A stretch of 62,788 nucleotides of DNA, the filler included, from Chiloscyllium plagiosum (lineage: Eukaryota): the NCBI RefSeq assembly GCF_004010195.1. It is 3 parts of one record of this genome, joined end to end, with 100 filler letters (N's around TTAATTAATTAA, not from the genome) between each part and the next. Parts side by side here need not be neighbours in the genome. Positions count along the whole stretch, not along the records: positions 31,720 to 56,617 come from NC_057713.1; positions 56,718 to 62,788 come from NC_057713.1; 1 more part is not named here. One strand, 5' to 3'. Under the pieces are notes generated by a model that saw nothing but the letters and a program-made list of their open reading frames with translations, was not told the DNA's origin and searched no databases. Every line of letters begins with the position of its first letter. Within the stretch, counting starts at the first letter, position 1. This document shows positions 49,740 through 61,097 of the stretch, one piece after another. The translations under genes and the position numbers were made by a program.

Positions 49740-51360
49740 AAAAAAAATTGAAAGAACTGCAAAGGGTGTAAATCATAAACAAAAACAGAAGTTGTTGAAA
49801 AAGCTCAGCAAATCTGACAGCATTTGTGAAAAGAAATCAGAGTTAAAGTTTTGGATCTGGTAACCCTTCCTCAGAACTGATGGTAGCGAGAAAAAAGACA
49901 GTTTACATGCAGAAGATAGGGTGGAGGAAGACAATAAGGAGTAAATGATAGGTGAGGATAGAGCCCAAAGAGAGAGAAGAACAGTTGGATAGACAAAGGA
50001 GTGGATAACGATCTGGCTAGAATGGTGGGCACCTTTTTAATAGAAACTATATGTAATGCAGACTATGTGATAACAAGGTCTAGTGTGTGTGATGGGGACT
50101 AGGTGATGGAAGAGTTCAGGCCCTAAATTATTGAACTCGGCATTGAGTCCAGAGAGCTGAAGGGTCCCCAAGCTGAAAATGAGGTGTTCTTCTTCCAACC
50201 TGTGCTGAGCTGAGATGTTGGCCAGGGTACAGGGTAATGTGTAAAAGTGGCAGGCAACTGGAAGCTCAGGGGTTTTTTAGGTAGAGCATAGATGTTCTGC
50301 AAAGTGGTCACCTAGTTTATGCTCCTTTTCCCCAATATAGACAAGACTACATTGTGAGTAGCAAATGCAGTAGACTAGCTTGTATGAAGTGCAGGTAAAG
50401 TGCTGCTTCATCTGGAAGGTATGCTGGGGACCTTGCATTCTGAGGATGGAGGAGGTAAGTAGGCAGGTTTTACACTTTGGCAGTTGCAGGAGAAGATGCT
50501 GAGGGGATGTGGGGGAATGGTGTTTGGTGAAGAAAGTATGGACCAGGGTGTCCCAGTGGGTATGGACTCTGTGAAAGGCGGACAAGTGAGGTGAGGGAAA
50601 TATGTGTCGGGTGGTGGCATCTTGCTGGAGATGGAAGAAATGACAGCTGATGATCTTTTGAATGTTGATGCTAATGGGATTGTACGTAAGGATAAAGAGA
50701 ATCCTATTGCAGTTGGAGGAGGGAAGACAGGGGGATGGGAGTATGGGAGATGGGTCTGACACTTTTGAGGGCCCAGTCAACAATGGTGCTGGAGAATCCT
50801 TGGTCGAGGAAGAAGGTGGATGTTTTGGAAGCTGCCTTGTTGAAATTGGCCTCATTGGAATGCATGTAATGGAGATGGAGGAACTGGGAGGATGGAATGG
50901 AATCTTTACAGGAAGGAAAGTGCGAGCGTGAATACTCTAGGTAGTGGTGGTAGTCGAAGGATTTATTAATGACCAGTCTATCCCCAGGAATGGAAACAGA
51001 GAAGTCGAGGAAGGGAAGAGGTGAGGAAGGAAATAAACCAGGTGGAAATGAGGGTGGGGTGGAAATTGGAAGCGAAATTGATGGACTTTCCAATTCTGGA
51101 CGAGAGAGGGAAACAGCACTAATAATATCAGTGATATTTTGTAGAAAGTGTTGTGTGGGGCCAGAATAGGAGTGGAATAAGGAATGTTCCACATAGCCCA
51201 TAAAGAGACAGGCATAACTGGGGCCCATGTGGGTACCCAAGGTCACCGCGCTGATCTGAAGAAAATGAGAGGAGTTAAAAGAAAAGTTGTTGAGGATGAG
51301 GACAAGCTTGGCTAAGCAGAGGAGGATGGTGGTGGGTGGACATAGTTCAGGCCTTTCCTT
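49740..51360 (-). mobile_element. Penelope-like element (RT core + GIY-YIG + pLTR), degenerate
   Basis: LGTHMGPSYACLFMGYVE, LPFLDFSV, LVYCICYSQCSLVYIGEKEHKLGDHFAEH; hammerhead-like ctgaggaagggttacc at about 49845-49875. Confidence 0.9.
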
Positions 51361-51639
51361 CAATTAATTCCTGTCTGGCTTACAGTGCCTGATGCTCTAT
51401 CATGCCCAAGGGGATATGGAATATGTTAAATGCCCCCATCTGCATCCTCAAACACTGCTGCCATTTGTCTGCAGTGTACTACAAGGCACCTCTCACCAGA
51501 TCAATCCTCATCTCATGCAGATTTATCATCTGCTGTACAACACTTTGGTTGCACAATGAGGTGCAATGTATCTAGGTTTGGTCTCTGTCAGGGGATTGCG
51601 TAACAAAGCCATCAGCTATGGTGGTATAGGGTAGCCTTT

Positions 51640-52800
51640 GTGTCCAAGTAACCATCCTTGTAAGGCAACTAGCCCTTGAAATGAAGCAGGACATAAAAAT
51701 TCTCAAACAGAGGCAAAGAAGGCAGGTAGTGCAAAATCCCAAGTGGCCATCCCCCTTTTTAACAGATATACCATTTTTGTACTTTTATGGGAGATGACTG
51801 TACAGGGGAATGCAGTGGCAGCCAACTTTATTACACCATGGGTGATTCTGCTGCACAAGAGAGGAAGAAAATGGTAGGGGATTCATTTGTAAGGGGAAGT
51901 CATTTCTGTGACCACAGAAAAAACTCCAGGATAATCTGTTACTACCCTTGTGCCAAGATTAAGGATGCCACTGAACAGCTGCAGGGCATTCTGAAGGGGG
52001 TTGGCAAACGGACAGGGATTGTGGTGCTTATTGGTACCAAGAACATAGGTTAAAAAAAGAGATGATGTCCAGAAATAAGAATTTAGAGAGCTAGGAAGTA
52101 GATTAAAGCACAGGACCCACAAAGTAGTCATCCCTGGATTATTTCTGATGCCACTTGGTTATTCCAGATGAATGTGAGATTGGAGAGATAGCACAGAAGG
52201 GAAGGCTTTAAATTTCTAGAACACTACACTGGGATCCATTTTGGGAATGGGGGGACCTGTACAAGGTGGACAGGTTGCAAGTTGAAGCAGAATGGGAAGC
52301 ACTTCCTTGCAGGAGATTTGCCAGTGCTGTTGAGGGAGGTTTAAACTAAATTGGCAAAGGAGTGAGATCCAGACAGAATGTTTGAGGGAGGATGATTAAC
52401 AGCCATTAGAAGTGAGTTAAGAAGGTACAGTAATTAGCAGTTAAAGCACAAGGGAACTTGGGAAGGTTAGATGGTACTTATTTTAATACCCCTTTAACTG
52501 AGAGGCAGGATTGGAAGCTCAATATTGCAGGATACAGGGTTTTCAGCTAAGACAGGCAAAGAAGTAAAAGAGAGGGAGATGTTGCAATTTTGGTCAGGGA
52601 ATCTATTACAGCAATGATATCTCACAAGGTTTCTAAAATGAAGCCATTTGGATAGAACTTAAAAACCAAAAGTAGTCAGTCACAATGCTGTGGGTGTTCT
52701 ATAGGCTCCCTGATAGTCCAACAGAGGAGTAAAGTGTGGAAATGAACAGTTAAATACATGGGAGTTGGGTAGGAATACAGGAAATATCAAAGCCAAATTG
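51640..52800 (+). mobile_element. CR1 LINE ORF1 esterase + EN fragments
   Basis: MVGDSFVRG..YPCAKIKD..VVLIGTKNIG. Confidence 0.75.
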
Positions 52801-53320
52801 GTTTACAGGAAAAGCTACCAAGAAGGGAATGTAAAGACTTGGGATGTGACCTGGATTGAGAAGCTGATTATATGATTCACTGTATGAAGCACAATATCTG
52901 GTTCCTTCCATCGTAATGCATGACCTGCTGTGTAGAGTCCAAATCCTTGCCTCAAGCACACTTGACCCCATCATGCAACATTATGAATCAATACCTCTAA
53001 TGGTTTTGATGCAGAAGCGATGAATTATGGCCTGAAAAAATTTATCACAGTTGCCAAAGTAACAAGGATCTTCCAAGGTCTCACAGACTGTACATCGTAC
53101 AGGACCTTACACATTGCATGAACTAATTAAGCAAAAAAGTTATACAATGTGGGTGTTGCTAGCTGGATTATCATAAGGAAAAATAGGGTGGTCACTAGGA
53201 CTTTAAACTAGCGAGTTGGGGGAAAGAGAAAGTGAAAATGACAGAACGTATGATGGTAAGTAAAAAGGTAAGCAATAAGTTATCATATGTTCAGGAGGGT
53301 TTAAGTTCAAGGCAGAGTAT

Positions 53321-53958
53321 TGTTATGGACTTGGCCAAACCACTCAAACCATTCTTAAGCAGGCAGCCCCAGACCATAACTTCGCAATTTGTTTCGCTAA
53401 GTATACAGTGAAAATTACCCAGAGTAAGATAGCTGGGCTGACTATAAGATTTTAAAACAGATAAAAATTTATTCACAAAATTACACAATGAAACACAAAT
53501 AACAGAATAAAGAACCCCTACAGAACTTAATCTATCCAACTAGACTTAATTATACTGTTCCGAATATGCACAACAGTTCCAATAAGCAAATTCCCTTTAA
53601 AAACCAGTATAAATGAAACACATGCTTACAGGTTGAAGTTGAGAAGCAGAAAAGAGAGAGAGTTTCCACACAGCTCCCCGTTGAACTTCCCAGTTCAAGA
53701 CTGAATGAAAACTGCTCAGCTCAGGTCAGCTAGAGTGCTGACCACTCCCCTCTCTTTATGCAGGCCATTTCGAAAGCATGACCACTTTGGCCTGAAGTCT
53801 AATCTGTTTACATATAAACAAAACGCCTCTCAAAATCCTTTTCATCTCTCTACCAAACCAGACTGATCGGAGCCTGGCCTGGTTTATTGTCCCTCTGAAA
53901 AATATCTTTTTGAGCCAAGGAATCCCATTTAGAAAAAAAAGGGACAAGCTTTGTGACA
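53321..53958 (-). mobile_element. 3' LTR (638 bp) of a Gmr1-like Gypsy element
   Basis: Minus strand TGTCA...TAACA, immediately preceded by the polypurine tract AAGGGGGAGG; AATAAA at about 53467-53472. Confidence 0.85.
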
Positions 53959-53968
53959 CCTCCCCCTT
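53959..53968 (-). promoter_or_regulatory. Polypurine tract (plus-strand primer)
   Basis: AAGGGGGAGG abutting the TG of the LTR. Confidence 0.8.
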
Positions 53969-54137
53969 AAAAATAAATGAACCACCAATAGCAAAAGATG
54001 GCTTCATTTTTAACCCTTCAAAACCCAGTTAGTAGTCTAAACACACATATACACTATACTAACTATAAACATGCAAACATGCACAACCACATGCAAATTC
54101 AGGCCGTGGTACACCCACCACCGAATGCCTCCGTATC

Positions 54138-55940
54138 TCATTCAACTCTTGATAATGCATCAGTAATCACGTTTTTGCGACCCGCCACATGCACAATTAT
54201 CAAATTGAATGGCTGCAACAACAAGCTCCATCTAAACAGTCTGGCATTTTTGTCCTTACATTTTTCCACAAATGTCAAAGGGTTGTGATCAGTGCATTGT
54301 CTCAGATGCATTACTGGTGATATAATGTTGTAATGCCAACACCAAGCTTAAAATTTCTTTCTCCACTTTTGTATACTTCTGTTGATGAATGTTCAACCTC
54401 CAGGAAAAATACCTGATGAGTCTTTCTATTCCCTCCTCATCCTCCAGCAGGAGCACTGCACACCCACATCGCTGGCATTGATAGCCACCTTGAAAGGCTT
54501 TGTGCAATCTGGTGTGACTAATACTGGGGCAGTGGTTAATACAGTGTCTAGGCTGTCAAATGCCTCTTGGCAGTCTGCTGTCCACTGAAACTTTCTCCAT
54601 TTTTTTTTAACAATTTGGTGAGTGTTAAACTTTGGCACAAATTTTCAGTAAAATCCACTCAATCCCAGGAACATAGTATTGCTTTTTTCACAATGGTGTG
54701 GGAGATTCCTCAATTATTTTCGTTTTTGCATCCCATGGGGTCATTTGTCCATGTCCAATAACATGGTCCAGGTAGGTGACTTGGGCTTTGGCAAATTCAC
54801 TTTTAGCTAGGTTTACCACCAAGGCCTGCCTTCTGAAGTCAATCAAACTAGTCCAATAAATGCTGGAAATGTTCCTTCCCTGAGTGACTAAACATCACCA
54901 GGTCATCATTATGCACCACAGAGTTGGGTAATCCGGCAATGATCTTATTAGTCAGTCACTGAAATGGGGCTGGAGCATTTTTCATACCAAATGGCATGAC
55001 TTTGAAATGATATAGTCCATTTGGCATTACAAACTAAAAATTGTCTTTTCTCTTTCGGACAGAGGTACTTGCTAGTAGCCTCTGTGCAAGTCCAACTTAG
55101 AAATGTAAATTATTTGTCCCACTTTTTCAACACAGTCCTCCAACCATGGAATTGGATATGCATCATTCTTTGTAACGACATTGACTTTGCGCCCCATCTG
55201 GCTTTGGCCCCATGTCTATCGGTGAGCTCCAGTCACTGTCGGTCACTTCAATGATGCCATCTTGGAGCATGCGCTCTATCTCCTTGTGAACCTGTGCCAA
55301 CTTTAGAGGGTAATGCCTATAAGGATGCTGCTTAATCGGAACAGCATCTCCGATATCTACATCATGCACAATTAGGTTAGTACTTCCCAGTTTACTTCCA
55401 CATATCTCCCCATGTGATAGTAATAACTCTTTCAGGTCATTTCAATTTTTTTGCGGATGGTAACTCAATAATTAATCCCAATTTTTGAAAACTTCCTCAT
55501 TGTCCAATTTGATTTGAGGAATGTCCAATTCAGAATCCCCTGAACTTGGTTCTTCCTTCTGTGCTATAATCATTCTCTTGCTTTCCTTCCCTATCAAAAT
55601 ACCCTTTGAGCATATTTGCTTGACACACTCTCTTTTTCCCTCTCTTCTGCTTTTGATCATAACTCAAACTGTTTCATTTCGCTGCCCTTTGCTTATCTCT
55701 CACCTCTAGCTGCTTCATTTGCAATTGAATTCTTGCCATCTCTTTAGATTCTGATGGTTTCTCCAGCAAGATTAAATGCTGAGCTCCTGCTGTAATTAAC
55801 TCTCCTTTCTTCACAGAAGCAGGCAATTCTAATTCCAGCTTCTCTGCTAATTTTTACAACTTGGTCTTATTCACATTTAGCAAAACTTCCAAAGTCACTG
55901 CATCCACATCCAGAAAACTGTTGGCAACCAAAACAGCCAT
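54138..55940 (-). pseudogene. Gmr1-like LTR retrotransposon gag/pol remnant (gag N-terminus, deletion, IN C-terminus, RT, RNase H)
   Basis: ATG at 55940 MAVLVANSFLDV..KLAEKLELELP (gag); RVCQANMLKGYFDRE; HDVDIGDAVPIKQHPYR..SDWSSP, VMPFGMKNAPA (RT); PFKVAINASDVGV, EKEILSLVLALQH, VHVAGRKNVITDALSRVE* (RNase H); many stops and frameshifts. Confidence 0.85.
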
Positions 55941-55957
55941 TACTATCCCAAGCTTTA

Positions 55958-56617
55958 CATAGAACATAGAAGAACATAGAAGAATACAACGCAGTACAGG
56001 CCCTTTGGCCCTCGATGTTGCGCCGATCCAAGCCCACCTAACCTATACTAACCCACTATCCTCCATATACCGATCCAATGCCCGCTTAAATGCCCATAAA
56101 GAGGGAGAGTCCACCACTGCTACTGGCAGGGCATTCCATGAACTGACGACTCGCTGAGTGAAGAACCTACCCCAACTTCAGTCCTATATCTACCCCCCCT
56201 TAATTTAAAGCTATGCCCCCTTGTAATACCCGACTCCATACGCGGGAAAAGGTTCACACTGTCAACCCTATCTAACCCCCTAATCATCTTGTACACCTCA
56301 ATCAAGTCACCCCTAAAACTTCTTTTCTCTAATGAAAACAGCCCCAAGTGTCTCAGTCTTTCCTCATACGATCTTCCTTCCATACCAGGCAACATCCTGG
56401 TAAACCTCCTCTGCACCCGTTCCAGTGCCTCCACATCCTTCCTATAGTATGGCAACCAAAACTGCACACAATATTCCAGATGCGGCCGCACCAGAGTCTT
56501 ATACAACTGCATCATGACCTCAGGACTCCGGAACTCAATTCCTCTACCAATAAAAGCCAGTACGCCATATGCCTTCCTCACCGCACTATTTACCTGGGTG
56601 GCAACTTTCAAAAATCT
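55958..56617 (-). mobile_element. Young CR1 LINE 3' end (open RT C-terminus), cut by the gap
   Basis: KAYGVLAFIGRGIEFRS..LYKTLVRPHLEYCVQFW; (TTCTATG/TTC)n tail at 55958-55985. Confidence 0.9.
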
Positions 56618-56717
56618 NNNNNNNNNNNNNNNNNNNNNNNNNNNNNNNNNNNNNNNNNNNNTTAATTAATTAANNNNNNNNNNNNNNNNNNNNNNNNNNN
56701 NNNNNNNNNNNNNNNNN
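56618..56717. other. Artificial scaffold linker (N44-TTAATTAATTAA-N44)
   Basis: Same 100-bp construct as 31620-31719. Confidence 0.95.
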
Positions 56718-57627
56718 ACCGTGTCCATCAGGGCTCTGGACGTGGTGTCCAGTTTACTGTCCCCCCCGCCGGATCGTCCATCTGCATCAATGATACAGTT
56801 GAAGTCTCCGGCCAGAATGACCAGCCTGGACGTAGCCAGCAACAGTGGAAGCTGTTGCAGGACGGCCAACCGTTCACTCTTACCCGCTGGGGCGTACACA
56901 TTAATCAGTCCCAGGGGAGCATTCCTGTACATGACGTCGGCGACGAGGAGGCGCCCGCCCACCACCTCCTTAACCTCGGAGATGGTGAAGTTGCCTCCTC
57001 GCAACGGGATACCCAGTCCGGAGGCGCGGCTATCGCTGCCCCCCGACCAAACTGACGGCCCATGGGCCCACAAGCTCGACCATCTCCTGTAGCTGCTGAG
57101 GTGCGGTATCCCACACTCCTGGAGAAACAGGCGTCGGCTTTAACGTTTGCTAGGAAGGCCATCGTAGAAACACATCGCGTAGCCGATTTGATGCTACGCA
57201 CATTGATGCTGGCAAATCTTATCCCCATTTTAACAGTTTACAAGGTTGACACTGTCCATTTGCTGCTGGTCTTGCCCCTCTGGGGTAGCTGTGTGCATTC
57301 CCGTGGTGACGGCAAACTGCTGGACCCTCCCAGGGCTGAGGTAGCTGTCCGGCTCCACGCTGGAGCCATTTCCCCGCTCTGGTGTCTTCGGGTCGTGCCC
57401 AGGGTCCGCATAGTCCAGTTCTCCATCTGACAGCGGGGCTGTCACAGCACCGCTACTCCCAGTTACCTGGAGCTGTGGGCCAGTGGGTACCTCTTGGTTC
57501 TCTCCAGGTCGGGGGAGGCCTTTACCCATTCCCTCAGAGGGATCATCTTTTCCTGCTTGGGCGGTGCTGCCCTCCTTTTTCCCCGCGGCGCTCTGTCTCT
57601 TCCTCTGGTGACTGCAGGCAGTACATG
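56718..57627 (-). mobile_element. Tx1-clade L1 element, copy A (deleted ORF1 + ORF2 APE endonuclease start; cut by the gap)
   Basis: MGIRFASINVRSIK, LINVYAP, VILAGDFNC; ORF1 C-terminus ends TAA-A-ATG at 57230/57228; highly similar to 60620-61480. Confidence 0.9.
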
Positions 57628-57842
57628 TTTTTTTAATTTCAAAAATATACTATATTCATAAAATACTTTCATGGTCTGTACAGTTGGATATGCCATACAT
57701 ATGTAAACATTCCATTTACATTTACAGGAAAACAGAGTAAACATTCCTATTTACAGGTCTGTTTGATTACATTTTTAGCTGAGGTGTCAGCAGAGCCCAA
57801 ATGACTGCATGGGCCCCCTGTTCTTCGTTAGGCAGGCTGATG

Positions 57843-60800
57843 TTACATGATGGTCTTTCCCCACCGCGCCTTGGCAGCAGCTGCCCCAAGCTTCAGCGCG
57901 TCCCTCAACACGTAGACCTGGACCTTGGAATGTGCCAGTCTGCAACATTCAGTCGGGGTCAGCTCTTCAGCTGGAAGATCAACAGGTTTCGGACCACCAG
58001 AGAGCGTCCTTCACCGAGTTGATGATCCTCCAGGCACAGTTGATGTTCGTCTCGTGTGCGTCCCGGGGAACAGACCATAGAGCACGGAGTCCCGCGTCAC
58101 GGCGATGCTCGGGACGAACCTCGACAAACACCACCGCATTCCTCTCCAGACTTCCTCTGCATAGGCACATTCCAGAAGGAGGTGTGTGACAGTCTCGTCC
58201 CCCCCGCAACCGCTTTGAGGGCAGTGTGCGGTGCGGCTGAGAGTCCGGGTGTGCATAAAGGAAAATGGCTTTGACAGTCTGCTCAGGGAACCGCTCGACA
58301 GGATCCGCCCTCTCAAGGACACTACGTGCTGTCCACTTCCTGATTGACTTGTGGTCAAAGGTGTTTTTCTTGATAAATTTCTCCATGAAGGACAAGTGAT
58401 GCGGAACGGTCCAACTACTCAGAGCGTTCCGCGGCAGCGAGGCCAGGCTCATCCTTCGCAACACCGGGGACAGGTAGAACCTCAGTACGTAGTGACACTT
58501 GGTGTTTGCGTACTGGGGATCCACGCACAGCTTGATGCAGCCACACACAAAGGTGGCCATCAGGGTGAGGGTGGCATTGGGTGTTTCTTTTCCCCCATTG
58601 ACCAGATCTTTGTACAGCGAGTCCCTTCGGACCCGGTCCATCTTTGAACTCCATATAAATTGGAAGATGGCCCGGGTGACTGCAGCGGCACAGGTTCTAG
58701 GAATTTGCCAGACCTGTGCCATGTATAACAGCAATGACAGTGCCTCACACCTGATGACCAGGTTTTTTCCCGCGATGGAGAGCGACCACAGCTTCCCTCT
58801 GCCCAGTTTCTGCCTCACTTTGCTGATACGCTCCTCCCAAGACTTGGCGCATGCCCCAGCCCCTCCGAACAAATTACCCAGCACCTTCAGGTGGTCAGTC
58901 CTGACGGTGAAGGGGATCGAGGATTGGTCGGCCCAGATCCGGAAGAGCATGGCCTCGCTCTTGCCTCGGTTTACCGTGGCCCCCGAGGCCCGTTCAAACT
59001 GGTCACATCTGCACATGAGTCTGCGCACGGACAGTGGATCTGAGCAGAAAACGGCGACGTCATCCATGTACAGAGAGGCCTTAACCTGCAGGCACCCACT
59101 GCCAGGAATAGTCACCCCTCTCAGGCTCGCATCCTTCCTGATGGACTCGACAAATGGCTCTATGCAGCACACAAACAAGGCAGGAGAGAGAGGGCAGCCC
59201 TGCCTGACTCCAGATCTGACTGGGAAGCTATCTGATTCCCACCCATTGATTGAGACTGCACTGACAATGTTGGTGTAGAGCAGTCTGATCCAATTGCAGA
59301 TTCCCTCCCCAAAGCCCATTTTGGAGAGAACATCTCTCATATAGCTGTGTGATATCCTGTCAAAGGCTTTCTCCTGGTCCAGCTGATCAGGCAGGTATCC
59401 AACCCTCTGTCCTGCACATAGACGAGGAGCGCGAGACTCTCAGCGATCTTCCTGCCCAGCACAGCACAGGTTTGGTCAGGGTGAATCACCGACCCCAGAG
59501 CAGACCTGACCTGGTTGACGATTACCTTTAACAGAATTTTGTAATCCGCATTCAACAGTGAGATTGGTCTCCAATTTTTGAGTTCCTCCCTCTCCCCCTT
59601 CCGCTTGTAGATGAGGGTGATGATGCCTTTCCTCATGGATTCACGTATGGTACCTGCTCGAAGCATACCGACATACACCTCCAGCAGGTCCTGGCCAATC
59701 AAGTCCCACAGAGCGGAATAGAGCTCGACCAGTAAGCCGTCGCTTCCGGTAGTTTTATTTTTTTCGAGGGACTCGAGAGCCTTGGTCAGCTCGTCCAGAG
59801 ATAGCGGCTGGTCCAGCCTCTCCCGTGTTCTGTCATCTAAGACCTCCGTGATAGAGGACAGGAACGACTGGGAGGCCGTGCTGTCGGTCGGCTTCGCGTC
59901 ATACAGACTGGCATAGAAGGATTTACTGATCCTCATGACGTCAGCCTGAGATGACGTTAGCGAGCCATCTTCTTCCTTCAGGCTGCTGAGCACGGAGCTC
60001 TCTTTGTGCACCTTCTGGAAGAAGAAACGTGAGCACGTCTTGTCCTGCTCCACCGAGCGGACCCTGGACCGGAAGATTATCTTGGAGGCCTCCGAAGCAA
60101 AGAGCGAGGCTTGCTGGCATTTCACCTCCTTGAGATCCTCCGTGACATCCACCCACATCATCTGCAGCAGGAGCAGGTTCTGCATACTTTCCTGGAGCTG
60201 GGACAGTTTTCCCCGCCTCTCTCTCACCTCCTGAACACCTTTGAGGATGAAGAACCTCTTGATGTTCCCTTTTACTGTTTCCCATCAGTCTGCTGGGGAC
60301 TCAAAGAGGGGCTTCACGGTTCTCCAACCTGCGTAGTCCCTCTTGAGCTCCTCAATATTTCCCAGAGTCAACAGCTTTGTGTTCAGCTTCCACGTTCCCT
60401 TACCAGCCCGCTGCTCACCCTGTAGGTGACAGTCGGCCAGCAGGAGGCAGTGGTCAGAGAAAAACACTGGCTTGATGTCGGTGGATCTGACCGAGAGTCT
60501 TTGGGACACAAACAGGTAATCTATCCTTGAGCGGATAGACCCGTCTGCCCGTGACCAGGTGTATCTACGCTGCGCTCCGTCTGCAGGGGTGCTGAATATG
60601 TCGTGCAGCTTGGCATTTTTACCGTGTCCATCAGGGCTCTAGACATGGCGTCCAGTTTACTGTCCCCCCCCCCCCCCGCCGGATCGTCCATCTGCATCAA
60701 TGATACAGTTGAAGTCCGGCCAGAATGACCGGCCTGGACGTAGCCAGCAACAGTGGAAGCTGCTGCAGGACGGCCAACCGTTCACTCTTACCCACTGGGG

Positions 60801-61096
60801 CATACACATTAATCAGTCTCAGGGGAGCATTCCTGTACATGACGTCGGNNNNNNNNNNNNNNNNNNNNNNNNNNNNNNNNNNNNNNNNNNNNNNNNNNNN
60901 NNNNNNNNNNNNNNNNNNNNNNNNNNNNNNNNNNNNNNNNNNNNNNNNNNNNNNNNNNNNNNNTGAGGTGCGGTATCCCACACTCCTGCAGGAACAGGAC
61001 GTCGGCTTTAACGTTGGCCAAGAAGGCCATCGTAGAAACACATCGCGTAGCCGATTTGATGCTACGCACATTGATGTTTGCAATTTTTAACCCCAA
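57843..61096 (-). pseudogene. Tx1 ORF2 (APE endonuclease, reverse transcriptase, C-terminal Zn finger), disrupted
   Basis: SDH (EN), NWRPISLLNADYKI, GVRQGCPLSPALF, LYMDDV, CPQSGCGGDETVTHLLLEC; start ATG>TTG, in-frame TGAs near 60285 and 60230, frameshifts, deletion near 58260. Confidence 0.9.
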
Positions 61097-61097
61097 T

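Noticed and set aside
58499..59278. 259-aa plus-strand ORF and other antisense ORFs over the Tx1 element
   Set aside because: Shadow frames of GC-rich ORF2/ORF1 with no independent motifs
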